Shown here piece after piece: positions 27,150-39,426 of a stretch of 64,000 nt of DNA. The stretch is from Mobula hypostoma (lineage: Eukaryota): positions 68,264,001 to 68,328,000 of the forward strand of contig NC_086108.1 in assembly GCF_963921235.1 (NCBI RefSeq), in the 5' to 3' direction. The notes beneath the pieces are model-generated. The model saw only the letters and a list, made by a program, of their open reading frames with translations. It was not told where the DNA came from and searched no databases. Position 1 is the first letter of the stretch, and each line of letters opens with the position of its first letter. The position numbers were made by a program, and so were the translations under genes.

Positions 27150-27640
27150 AAATTCAAAGTAAATTTATTATCAAAGTACATATATGCCACCATATACTAC
27201 ACTGCAATTCATTTTCTTGCAGGAATGCGGAGTAGAACAAAGAAATACAATAGAATCAATAAAAAAACTACACACAGAATGACAAGCAACCAATGTGCAA
27301 AGGAAGACAAACTGTGCAAATAATAATAAATACTGAGAATATGAGTTGTGGAGTCCTTGAAAGTGAGTACATAGGTTGTATTCAGTGATCAGTTTAGAGT
27401 TGAGGTGAGTTACGTTAAAACACAGATTCAGAAGCCGGACAGTTGAAGAGTAATAACTGTTCCTGAACCTGGTGGTATGGGACGCAGGGATCCTGATATC
27501 TCCTTCCCAACAGCAGCAGCAAGACAGGGACATGGCCTGGAAGGTGGAATTCTTAATGATGGATCCTACTTTCTTGTGGCAGTGCTCCTTGTTGTGCTCA
27601 ATGGTGGGGACGGATTTTTCTGTGATTGAGCAAGCTTTTT
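27150..27640 (-). mobile_element. Rex1/Babar-like LINE 3' fragment
   Basis: HTTRFRNSYYSSTVRLLN C-terminal motif. Same 3' UTR as 58795. Confidence 0.8.
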
Positions 27641-28219
27641 CCCACCAATTTTCAGAACTGCAATCCCTTTATTAATGGAAAGCAATATCTGCAATGGAGA
27701 CAGTGCACAGATTGATTCCTGGGATGAAGGGTTAAGATATCAGGACAGGCTCAGTCGATTGGACTTGGAGTGCATTGTCTCATGATAAACAATTACTCAT
27801 TTGAGACTACGATGATGAGTAATTTCTTCTGCGGATGAGAGTCTTCATAATTCCCTACTGCAGAGAGCTGTGAATAATAATTTGTTAAGTACTTAAATGT
27901 CAAGAGATCTTTGTTCAGTAAGGCAAATCCAGGGTTCCAGTGTTCAAGCAGAAAAGAGTTCAATAATTCAATCAATAAGGATATTATTTAGTGGCAAAGA
28001 CTTAAGAGCTGTGTTCTAATCCTGTATATTTACTATGTTCTCTATCACTTGCCCAGATAATCTACTTTGTGCCATCTAATTGGGCTTCTTCACTCCTATC
28101 CCCATTTTATCCCCTACTCCCATCCTTGGTCATCGGTGATCAATTTTTAAAATCAATTTTGAGTCTTGATCAATGATATCTCAAAATACAGTAATTTACC
28201 ATTTATTTATATTCCTTGA

Positions 28220-28800
28220 GTCATAGAGAACAGAAATACATCCTTTGGCCCATCATGCCAAACTGGCTATCAAGCACCTATCAATATTAATCCCAGTTTT
28301 CAACACACTTCACATTGCCATCCATGGTTCACAAGCTCAGTAAGATGTTTCATAGATGTGGCTGCCTCTTGTCACTCCTATCGGTACTGCATTCCCAATT
28401 TCAATCATCCTCTGATTGGAAAAAGCTTCTTCAAATCATCCCTTAATTCAAATTTATATCCCCTAGTGAAAAACAGCAGCTAAGCGGAAATATCTCTCAA
28501 TTTTACTTACTCATTCAGGTGCCACCTGCCCTCATTCACCAGCCCCCACGCTCTCTTTCAGACTGTTCAGCTGAGGAAGACAAATTCAGTTAAACCAGTC
28601 TCTCTTCATAACTGAAAAACTTTATTCAAGACAAATCCTGGTGTATCTTCTCTGCACCCTTTCCAGTGCAATTACATTCTTACTATTGTGTAGCAGTGCA
28701 CACATGACTCCAGTTGTGCCTTAACTTAAACTTCACAGAGTGTACCATCATCTCCTTGTCCTTGTATTCCTCTGCATCCTTTCCAGTGCATTATATACTT
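28220..28800 (-). mobile_element. Decayed CR1 3' portion
   Basis: ctggtgtatcttctctgcaccctttccag is the complement of the LERVQRRFTR motif. Confidence 0.6.
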
Positions 28801-29426
28801 AGACACACAGCAAATTTGTCAAAAGCTTGATTCACAATACTTTAAAGATAACGTGGATTCTGGTTAATTGGGTCATCAGTTAATCGGGGCATTTGCTTAT
28901 TTGGGACAATTCTTAAAGGCAAAAATGAGTGGAGAAAATAGCCAAGAAATGCTTTGTTTATTTGGAACACTATGCCACTCACCTGGGGTAGAAGACTTTT
29001 GCTGAACAGTTTCTAATTAGTTTTAGGCGTGTGAACTTTGTGGCCATCAAATGCTGTGCTTGGAGCAAACCGTTTTTACATAACGTCAGTTGCATGTGCT
29101 TCTGTTTAGAAAAGCAATGATTTTTGTCACTGATAGTTGGCAAGAAATATGCAGCAAGACAAATCAGCACTGTTTTGCTCTCTGCAGTTTCAAGCATTCA
29201 GGCTTGGAGATGCCAGAAACAGGCAGGAGTGAAAATGAATTGATTCCTTTACTTCAACAAGTTTAACAAAGAATTTGAAGGTATCAACAATCATCATGAA
29301 TGTTACAGTGTAAGTGAAGATTTGGAGGATGCAACCTTTGAAAATTGTATGAAGGTAGCCCATTATCTACACTAATTGTCTGCAAGGACTTTGTTCCTTT
29401 ACAGTTAATCAAAAGAACATGTCAGT

Positions 29427-29860
29427 GCACTCTCAGATCTCACCTGTGGCTCCTAGGAGCCATTTGCATGCAACGGTGGGCACACCCCAGTACAACGCTT
29501 CGACAGGTGTGCTAAACCAGATGAGGGTAGCCTGCTTGCCTTATAAATCAGTGAGATAGGGACACACCTGTCCTAGCAGGCGAAGCCAGCTCTAGTGGAC
29601 TGAGCAGATGAGATCTACAGTGAGATCCAGCCACCAGGAAGGCAGTTCTCAATGCTCTGTGGAGAGCAAAGGCAGCACAGAAATCATGGTCAACCACTGC
29701 AGCTAAGGAAGAGCCCAGTTGTCACAACCTTGGTACCACTGGATCTGGACTTCCAAGGTCAAGAGAGTGGAACTGCTCCAGTGCAACGCCATTTCCATTT
29801 TAAAAGCTCTCCCACACAGGTCTTTTGACATCATTGGATACGACGGACAACCACCAAACC
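29427..29860 (+). mobile_element. Diverged relative of the 20099-20656 short retroposon
   Basis: Shared blocks CTCACCTGTGGCTCC, CACACCCC, GCTTCGACA, GCTAAACCAG.TGAGGGTAGC, CCACTGGATCT and a similar tail. Confidence 0.75.
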
Positions 29861-29969
29861 AACTACTAGGAACTAATACCCTATTTTATAGTACTGTAGT
29901 AATGTTGATAGTATTCTAATTTGTTCCAAATTTCATTTAAATACATAATTTGTTACTCATTTAAACAGT

Positions 29970-30072
29970 AGTCCTGAAGAAGGGTCTTGGCCAGAAATGT
30001 CGACTGTTTATTCATTTCCATAGATGCTGCCTGCTCTGCTAAGTTCTTTCAACAGTTTGTCCGTGTTGCTTG
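29970..30072 (+). mobile_element. ~100-bp PLE terminal fragment starting at a hammerhead motif
   Basis: AGTC-CTGAAGA-AGGGTCTTGGCCA-GAAAT-GTC-GACT at 29970-30005. Imperfect direct repeats TAAACAGTAGT / TAAACGGTCGT flank it. Confidence 0.75.
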
Positions 30073-30712
30073 TAAACGGTCGTTTGTCTATCCTACACCT
30101 TTTCAGCTATTTCCATGAAACTTTGGCTAATTGGGGCAGCCACTCAACTGGGCCAAAATGTACTGGTCCTGGTATGTAATAACCAGAATCCACTGTATTT
30201 GATAAGATCAAGTACACAACCTACTATATCATTTAGGTTAAAGTGACAATCTGTCAGTCTGAGAGTTTTATTTCTACCCAGCTCTCACATAATTCATAGT
30301 AATGGATGGTTATCTGTTCTTCCTTGCATTCTATCAGCTGCTTGCTTCTATACCTCCAATCATTCATTAAACAAAAGGCAACTTTAAAACAAAATGCTGT
30401 GTTTAATTCACCACATAAAAAGCACATAATTTGTATCGTTTAAGAATTGTTTGAACTGAATACAGGGTAATGCGGAAAATAAAATGTTAAAATAATGATC
30501 GTATAGTGCTTGCAATCATCAGACAAAATACATTAACATAATTAACCTTATCCAAAATTCATATTAAAGTCAAATATTAAGAACTCTGAAATAAACACAA
30601 TCAGAAGCTCAACATCTACTGTTTTAAGAATAAGTGTGGAAAGCCGAGATACTTTTCATATAAAGATAATTAAGGGAACAGGTGTACAATATTTCAATCC
30701 ACAATAAATTAC

Positions 30713-30750
30713 CTTTTTGATTTAGCCATCAATTGATTGCTAGTAGAAAT
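30713..30750 (-). CDS. Candidate 38-bp exon of an unidentified gene
   Basis: tgtttgtctccag|ATT...AAAAAG|gtaatt with good splice sites and one open frame, ISTSNQLMAKSK. Confidence 0.35.
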
Positions 30751-33103
30751 CTGGAGACAAACAGGTTCATACAATTATAGCCAAATAGAAAAGAACAATA
30801 CTTTTTTTGATGTTGGCAAAATCCTTATCTATCAGGTTAAAAAAATGAATTCAGACAAACATTATTTTTAGAGTGCTTGATTTTTCTGTATGGCACACTG
30901 CAGATAGAACTAACAGGGTCAATCTTTTTGTCCAGCAGATTTAACACTGGTCACAGTGGAGAGTTTAGTATCATTACCACTCTTCCGATAAACCTCTGAG
31001 AATATTCTTAACCACACTAGGAATCTAGCTTTTGAAAAATGGATTAAACATATCTGGCATGAAAGTCTGAAACCTGAAGCAGCTGCCTTTGGGAAAGATA
31101 ATGACAGGATACCTTTAAAACCAAGATCTACTTCTGCTGTCAGAAAAAGGAAATCAATTACCCTGAATTTAATATTGATCTTGTGAAAAGAGTTACACTT
31201 TTTTTTTTAAAACCTCCTGTCACATTCACTTTGCTGGATGCCAGTAATATGCGAATATTACTTTCATCTAGTGTAGTGGTAATAAAGGAAAACATGGTTT
31301 TATGAACATATCTTCTATTTTGAATATAGCTACATACAAATTTTAATTAGCAACATTGTCTTCCTTTAATCATTATAAAAACTTGGTCTCGTTCCTTTTG
31401 ATCATTTTCTGACATGCTCAATAGATCAGAATTTTAATTTTAACTTACAAATCACAGTTCAATCTATTGAAAAATAATTTCCAAGAATCATATAGGCCCT
31501 CGGGTGTATGACCTGGAATACTAATGTAAAATGAACTCTTGACATGGCTAACTTTTTCTATACATGGTACACATGGTCTAGTGCAAAGCAGAAATTTTGT
31601 TTCTTGCAGTAATGATTCAAAACCACAAATATTCACATTTATCATTCATTAGCAACGTTGCCAGCAATGGAAAGTGTTTGCTTTGTAATTTATCAAAATC
31701 TGATGAGTTTTGTACAGATGTGATTTAACAGCAAAATTAGTTACAACAAATATCATATGAAAACTGAAACACTCAGATCAGGTAACATCTGTGACAATTG
31801 AAACACCATTGGTTCAGATCAAAGATCCTTTGTTACAGCTAGATGTACATATAGATTATGTGTAGAAGAAAATATACAATATTTAAAACAGAATAAATTC
31901 AATGCCTATTTAGGAAATTTACTTTTCTGTTGTTTAGTCATTCACTCATATCAAAGGGCAATTTAGTAATAGTAATACTGTATATTTTCAAGGTAATGTG
32001 TGGCATTCCCATGCACTGTAGAACCTATCGTTCTAGCTTATGTCCATTGCTGTGTATACATTGAAAGTATGTCTATTTCATTATCCTTATGTGTTCATTT
32101 CTTTGCCAATATTGCTGTCCAATTTATCTTCCCAAATTCTATTGTTTCTCAAAACCAAATTTTGCCCAATTTACCAACATATCTTATGAGATATTTATTA
32201 ATCTATACTTACCGGCTTAAATCATATTATAGGGTTACTACTAACTAGATGTTTTCCTACTTTTTCTACTTCTTTAAAAGTTTTAGATGAATTAAAATAG
32301 TAAGAAAGCAAAAATAAGTGTATAATGTATTTATACAGTGCTTCTAAGGCACCCCAAAATGTTTTACAGCCACAAAATTACTTAAGATTTATCATTGTTG
32401 TGATAGTCAACTGGCAGTCATGTATAGGATATACACTTACTGTACAAATAGCTAAATGATATCCATGGATATTCAATTAATTGTTCACAAGAATTTAAAT
32501 ATTACCTAGAACAATTGGTATAATCAAGCAGCCCTTATAATTTTATATACCCTAATCGTGTTCCCTCTTAACTTCCTCCATTCAAAGGGAAAAGACCTAC
32601 TCTCTCTCCTCACGTTTCTCCTCATAACTGAACTGTTCCATCCCAAGTAACAAGCTGGTGAATATCCTGTGATCACAGACCTCCAGCCAGAATAACACCT
32701 CCCCACAGTTACTCAGTCTTATGCTATGTGTTGAGAATAGCAATGCTGTGGAATTTGGCAAACAGATCAGACACAAATTCATTTAGTCTCACTCTATCAG
32801 AGATATCCTCCTTGTTCTATCCATCAGTCCCCTAACTTTTCTAATACAAAAAATTAACTTGCTTTCTCTCTTTTCTAGTTCTAGTGAGTGGTTGCAGAAC
32901 AGAAAAAATAACCGTTCTCTTTCTCGCTCATATAGCCTAACCTGTTGAGTATTTTCAGCATTATCTATTTTTACTTAAGATTTCCAGTGTTTTTCAAATT
33001 TTAATTAATTCACTTGTCTGTCACCCCTTGCCCCCAAATTAGCAAATATGTAATATATAAAAATGAAACAAAATCAGACTACATTTTTAAATGTAATGCT
33101 CAC

Positions 33104-33171
33104 CGTTTGTAACTTACTTTCCAAGTGTTGCCAGTATTTGGTTCTTTTTAAACTTCATTTTCATTATTCAT
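33104..33171 (-). pseudogene. Candidate exon with an apparent 1-bp frameshift
   Basis: ttactttag|ATG...ACG|gtgagc, 68 bp. Reads MNNENE/SLKRTKYWQHLESKLQT only if one base is restored. Confidence 0.25.
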
Positions 33172-33444
33172 CTAAAGTAATATTAACAAAAATGGGGATA
33201 CAGTGCCTATAAAAAGTATTCACTGCCCCCCCCAGAAATTTTCATGTTTTATAACATTGAATCGCAGTGGATTTAATTTGGCTTTTTTGACACTGAACAA
33301 CAGAAAAGATTCTTTCGTGTCAAAGTGAAAAAAATTTCTACAAATTGGCCTAAAGTTATTACCATTATTAAACAGAAAATAATTGATTGCATTATTACTC
33401 ACTCCCTTCAAGTCGATATTTAGTAGATACAGCTTTGGCAGCAA

Positions 33445-34385
33445 TTACAACTCGAGTCTGTGTGGATAGGTCTCTATCAGCTTTGCACATCTGGACACTG
33501 ATTCTCCCCATTTTTCTTTACAAAACTGCTGAAGTTCTGTCAGATTGCATGGAGATCGTGAGTGAACAGCCCTTTTCAAGTCCAGCCACAAATTCTCAAT
33601 TGGTTTGAGGTCTGGACTTTGACTTGGCCACTCCAGGACCTTAACTTTGTTGTTTTTAAGCCATTCCTGTGTAGCTTTGGTTTTATGTTTGGGATCATTG
33701 TCTTGCTGGCAAACAAATCTCCCTTGTTGCAGTTCTCTTGCAGACTGCATCAGGTTTTCCTCCAGGATTTCCCAGTATTTTGCTGCACTCATTTTACCCT
33801 CCAGCTTCACAAACCTTCCAAGGCCTTCTGCAGTGAAGCATCCCCACAGCATGACGCAGCCACCACCATGCTTCACGGTAGGGATGGTATGTTTTTAATG
33901 ATCTGCGGTGTTTGGCATTTGCCAAACATAGCATTTAGTCAGATAGCCAAAAAGCTCAAACAATAGAACCTTCTTCCATCTGACTTCAGTCTCCCACATG
34001 CCTTCTGGCAAAAGCTAGCCGAGATTTTATGTGAGTTTTTTTTTCCCCCCCAAAAGTGTCTGTCTCTTTGCCACTCTCCCATGAAGATGTGACTGGTGAA
34101 GCACCCAGGCAACAGTTTTTGCATGTGCAGTCTCTCCCATCTCAGCCACTGAAACTTGTAATTCTGCCAGAGTTGTCATAGGTCTCTTGGTAGCCTCTCT
34201 CACTAGTCCCCTTCTTGCACGGTCACTCAGTTTTTGAGGACTGCCTGCTCTAGGCAGATTTACAGTTGTGTCATATTCTTTCCATTTCTTGATGATTGAC
34301 TTAACTGTACTCCAAGGGATATTCAGTGACTTGTATTTTTCAATAACCTTTTCTTGCAGTTGCTTGTAATGTTCTTTTGTCTTAT
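33445..34385 (-). pseudogene. Tc1 transposase, disrupted
   Basis: KHGGGCVMLWGCF, QQDNDPKH, WPSQSPDLKPIENLW. N-terminal part is frameshifted and the start appears mutated to ATA. Confidence 0.9.
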
Positions 34386-34551
34386 GGTATAGTTTTTGCC
34401 AGGATACTGACTCACCAGCATTTGGATCTTCTTCTTCTTCTTCTTCTATTTCCAGCTGTTTAGACGCATCTAGGCGTATTACAGCCCTCTGCAGGATGTA
34501 TAATTAATTATAGAACTTCAAGGAACTCAAATTCTTGAATACAACCTAGTC

Positions 34552-37500
34552 TCAGGTATAAACTGAATAATAAGACTCTTCAATAAGATGTTGATTCTCT
34601 TGATGGCCAAACAAAGATTTAATAGAAAACCAAAATAAATTTAAGCTGGATAGCCTCTTGAACAACATGCTTCTTTCAATTTTGTATCGATTACAGCAAA
34701 ACATGCTGGACTGTGTCTGGACTACCACAGTCACATAATCCAGTAGGATGTTTTCCTATTATCTTTAAATAATAATTTAGCCCACAATGCCCCAACCCAA
34801 GTCTTGTAAATTTCACCATATCTCTACGACTTAAAAGGTAACAGTCTGAGACCTTTTTAAACTAGTGGGTGACTAGAAAAATAATGCCTGCCCCTTAATT
34901 CATTTTTCTAATCCTCCTGCCACTTCTTCTCTATACCTTTTTTAAATCCTACTTTTCAATTCTGCTCTGCCTAGGGAAACTCTAATTTCTACTTGCCTGC
35001 TCTGTAAGGAAGACTTAGCAGTGCCATCCACAATTTCATTTCCTTCCACCCCAGTATGCCCAGGTATCCATGAAAATCTAACTGCACAACCCATCTTCCC
35101 TACTCTAAACAACACTAAGAGAATCTCAATAACTATGTCAGGACAAGCTTTTGATTTACTCCCTTTTACAAACTCTAAGGCAGCAGTAGAATCTGAACAG
35201 ATGATAACCGTACGTGGTCGAGAGTCTTCTACCCACCATAAGGCCCAGACGATTGCTAATAATTGTTGCAAAGACAGAAACACCCGGTGGCCAATGTTAG
35301 CTCCAAGTTGAGACACATACATCCCAAATCCTGCCCTACTGCTCTCTGGGTCCACTGAGCCATCAGTAAAAATCTTCAGATAAGATCCCCATTTATTATT
35401 TAAATATTCATTTGTGATCAACGCTGATGAAATTGCACTACTTCCTTGAAGCTGAAAAAGGAGGAATAGGTCTACTTCTGGTTCTGGAAAGAGCCAAAAA
35501 GGGACGGGTGGCAAGCAAATTTGGTCAACTATGTCTTCCTCAGTCAGTTTCAATTTCACAGCCTAGTTATTAACAAATCTAAAAGTGGGTATCTTTTAAT
35601 TTTACTTTGGCCTCTGACTTCCCCTGCAAAAGACACTTTGATGGACAGCTGTGATTGAATCCATTTAGTTTTACCCAATACTGCAGGCCCAACTGAATTT
35701 ATCTTAAATGTAGAGGCACTTCTCCCATCTCCACACAATGTTGTTCTAAAAGCTCCACAGAGTAAGTGCTTTGGACTGCACAGTGTCTAGTTTTCCAAGC
35801 ACTGCCATAGCAGCGGAATCATAAGCAATACAACCATAATCTATAACTGATCTAATCATAGCTAGATATATTAAGTACATAGTTTCCCACCCTGCTCCCC
35901 AGTCACATCCAGCAATACTTCTCATAACATTTAAAACTTTCTCACACTTTCCAATTGTTTTATCTATATGAACCCTCCAAGTAAGTCTTTCATCAAACCA
36001 GACACATTAAAAACTTGAATACCTTGACTCTTTCTAGTGGAGAATGATATAGACACAATTCACAATCAGGAATCTTCCTTCTAAAGCCAAAAATCATGTA
36101 CAATGATTTGCCAAATCCTGTCCCTACCTGATCAAAGATATCATTTATCATGACATTAAAAAGAACTGGACTAATGATACTTCCTTGAGGGGTACCATTA
36201 CCTATTTTAACTGACTTGGAGTTTGTTCCGCCTATTCTTACTTGAATTGTCCTTTCCTTAAGGAAATCTTTGATCCAATTAAACATTCTATCTCTAATTC
36301 CCGCATCATAGAGTTTAATTAATAAGCCATCTTTCCATAGTGAGTCATATGCGCTTTCAATATCTAGAAATACACTTACCATTACTTCTCTATTTTGAAA
36401 TGCTTTTTTAATATCATGATCTAAAAGGGCAACAGATTCCATTGTTGATCTTCCAGTTCTAAAACCATTTTGATGGGCAGCAAAATGTCCCTTATTCTCC
36501 AAAAACTAAACAAGTCTGTTGGTGACCATTCATTCCATAGTTTTACAAAGCACTGACGTTAAAGCTATAGGCCGATATGAACTAGGACTGGACGCGTCCT
36601 TACCTGGCTTTAAAACTGGAACTACCACCACATGCTTCCATTCCACTGGTAATTTTCCTTCTTTCCATACTGAATTAAACAATGCTAGAATTTCTATTAA
36701 TACAGAGTCATCTAAATGCTTAAGCAATTCATAACACAGTCCATCCCTACCAGAAGTGTTTGAACCTGATTGGACAGCTTCCTGCAATTCCTGAAGGGAG
36801 AAAAAAAAATTTATGGAGCTATTATCATCCAAACTCCTGTCCAATTTCCAACTTCCCTTTAACACAATTTCCTTTCTCAAATCACCCAACTCTCCAGAGC
36901 TGTGTAACGCTTGGAACACCTCTACAAACATATCAGCCTTTTCCTTATTGGTTACAGCTTCAATATCTCCTTCCAGCAAAACTGGGGTAGATGGTTTCCT
37001 AAATATCCCTGACATTCTGTGAATAATCATCCATAGCTGCTTTATAGGTGTCTCAGTGCCCAGGGCTCCACAAAATCTTCTCCAACTATCCCTCTTTACA
37101 TTTTTAATTACTCTCCTTGCTACTGCTCTTTCCTTTTTATACTCCATAACATTATCTAACACTGGGGTACTTTCTTAATTTCCTGTAAGCTCTATTTCTG
37201 TTTCTTACTGCTATATCACAACTTTTATTCCACCACGGAACTAATGCTCGAGCCTTAGGTACATTCAATAGCAGAATAGTCAGCTGAGCAACTTTATGAA
37301 TTATAGAACAGAGGGATTCATTCCAATCATCTATGGAGCCCTTGCTATTAATCTCTTCTATTATATCCACAGCTTTCTCCTGGTACTCATCTCAATAGGC
37401 CAAAGAAAAATTATACCCAGCAGACCTCTCCTCAACTTCTACTATCAAATTTCTACCAAATCTACATAATATAGGATAGTGATCACTTCCTAGTGTGTAA

Positions 37501-38102
37501 CTGTCCATAACATCCCATTCCCCAACCCTAGCTAAGTTTGAGGAAGTCATAGATAAGTCTAAGTGACTACAAGTATTCTTTACAATATTAAATCTTGTCG
37601 GCCTTCCGTCATTTAGCAGTACCATGTTGTATTTATCTAGAAACTCCTCTATTACCACTCCATTATTATCTTTACTTTCACTACCCCATATAGGATTACG
37701 GGCATTGAAATCTCCAACCCAGATTACTGGGGATCTTACCTTATTCATAATTTCAACCAAATCTGATAACATCATATTACCTGCATTATAAAAGTTAATC
37801 AAGGTTATTTGACCACAAGAGCTCCAAACCTCCACAGCCACAATTTCAAGGTTAGATTTAAAATCAAGTCTTCTAAACTGGAGTCCTCCTTTTATGAAAG
37901 TTGCACACTCTCCACCAGATTTACCTGTTCTGTCAGCTCTCAAACTATCATATCCAGGGATCACAAAATCTAAATGAGGCTTTAACCATGTCTCCTGCAT
38001 ACAGATCAAATCAGGCTTGTCTTTAAAAGTTCCAACAAATCTTTTTAATTCTTGACCATTTGCAGATAAACTTCTTGCATTCCATTGTAATATTAAAAAC
38101 AT
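34552..38102 (-). pseudogene. LINE B ORF2 (APE, reverse transcriptase, RNase H)
   Basis: Consecutive ORF-track fragments 37392-38135, 37152-37370, 36530-37162, 35993-36502 and 34942-35559 fall in domain order. Confidence 0.92.
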
Positions 38103-39386
38103 CCAAATACCAATTATCGGCCTCTTCATCCACATAAAGCACTTCTGAACTCTCTGATCCCAACAACTGGGAAGTATTCAGTGATTGTTTGTCTGTCATA
38201 TACTCATGTAATTTTTCCAGTGAAATCTGTTTTATGTCAAGGAATCTCTCTGCAGCTCCAACAACTACTTTTATCATATCCGACCTCTTGACTGTAGTTT
38301 TATCCCCGACCAGTACATCAACAACAAACGCCAAAAAACTCTTTAGTCATCAACAACATGCCTGAAGGAACCATAGTTGGAGAACTCAGAATGTGCTGAC
38401 TCCCCATCCTTCCCATCTTTTCTTTACTTATCCTTTGCTCTTTATCAACTTTCTTTACTGCCTCAGCATATGATATTTTTTGTTGGATACTAACATCCTG
38501 AATCTGCTTTGCCTTACTAAAATACTCACATCCTCGGAATGCCACTCTATGGTCCCCTCCACAGTTACTGCATTTAGGCACCGCTGCCTTACATGCTTTA
38601 TTATCATGATCCTCTCCACATTTCATACATCTTCTTTTACCTCGAACATGAACCAGCAACATGTCCAAATCTCTGGCAATCATAACAGCGTAAGGGAGGC
38701 CTAATGTATTCTCTAACTTGATAAGACATGCACCCAAGATAGACTCTAGTTGGAAGAACATCACCTGCAAAAACCAGAAGAACAGGGGAATCCCAATTAC
38801 CACTTTCTCTCGATTTTAATCGTTTAACTTCAATCACTCAACCTTTAATAGTGTCCAAAATTTCCTTTTCAGTTATGCCAGGCCAAATACCATACACTAC
38901 CCCCTTAACTCCCTTCCTTTCTTTCAGCATAATACTCTCCACTTTCACAACCAATTTTCCCACCATTTTAGCACTGTTATATTGGTCAATATCTTTGCAA
39001 GAAATTTTCAGCAATCCATTAGACAAAATCTTGGCCTGGAATCCTTTACCTATTTGATTCTCTAATGCTGCTGCCACTTTCAAAGGAAAAAGGGTTCTAA
39101 ATCCTCCTTCTCCTTCCTTCTGACCTTTAATTTTATACAGAACTATAAATTCCTCCAATTCACCCATTTTCCTCAATTTGTTGTCCCCCATTACTTCAGA
39201 TCTTTCACTTGATGCACCCCTTTTTTTGGCTACCCTTACTTCTGGAGTATTCCACAGTCTCCCGTCCTCCCCCTTCAATCTCAACCCCACCTCTCCCCTT
39301 TGCAGCCATAGGCTACAAACTAACCCTTTCCAAACTCCTTGGTTCCTCCATACCAAAGTCTCCACCCACTCAATCAACAGCCCCAA
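38023..39386 (-). pseudogene. LINE B ORF1, gag-like nucleic-acid-binding protein
   Basis: PLRCYDCQRFGHVAGSC, RCMKCGEDH...C, KCSNCGGDH...C, then SYAEAVK. Split by a stop and frameshifts. Confidence 0.9.
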
Positions 39387-39426
39387 CTGCCAGTCTCAGC
39401 TCAGCCCAGCCCCAGCATTTGGGTCT

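Larger units (their letters stand above)
28851..30195. mobile_element. Non-autonomous Tc1/mariner (Tigger/pogo-like) element with two nested inserts
   Basis: TA|ACGTGGATTCTGGTTA...TAACCAGAATCCACTG|TA terminal inverted repeats. Subterminal TAATTGGG/GGGGCA motifs. Confidence 0.8.
34432..39412 (-). mobile_element. Near full-length I/Nimb-like LINE 'B' (gag ORF1 + APE-RT-RNase H), decayed
   Basis: ORF1 has three CCHC knuckles. ORF2 has QWNARSL, QETWL, GDFNA, GSDHYPI, YRPIALTS, GTPQGS and RNase H FTDGS...SDS...WIPGHTGVEGNEIVD. (GAA)n tail; TSD copies at 34416 and 39413. Confidence 0.93.

Noticed and set aside
30990..31186. Plus-strand open stretch (..FEKWIKHIWHESLKPEAAAFGKD..) as an exon
   Set aside because: No convincing splice sites and no recognisable homology.
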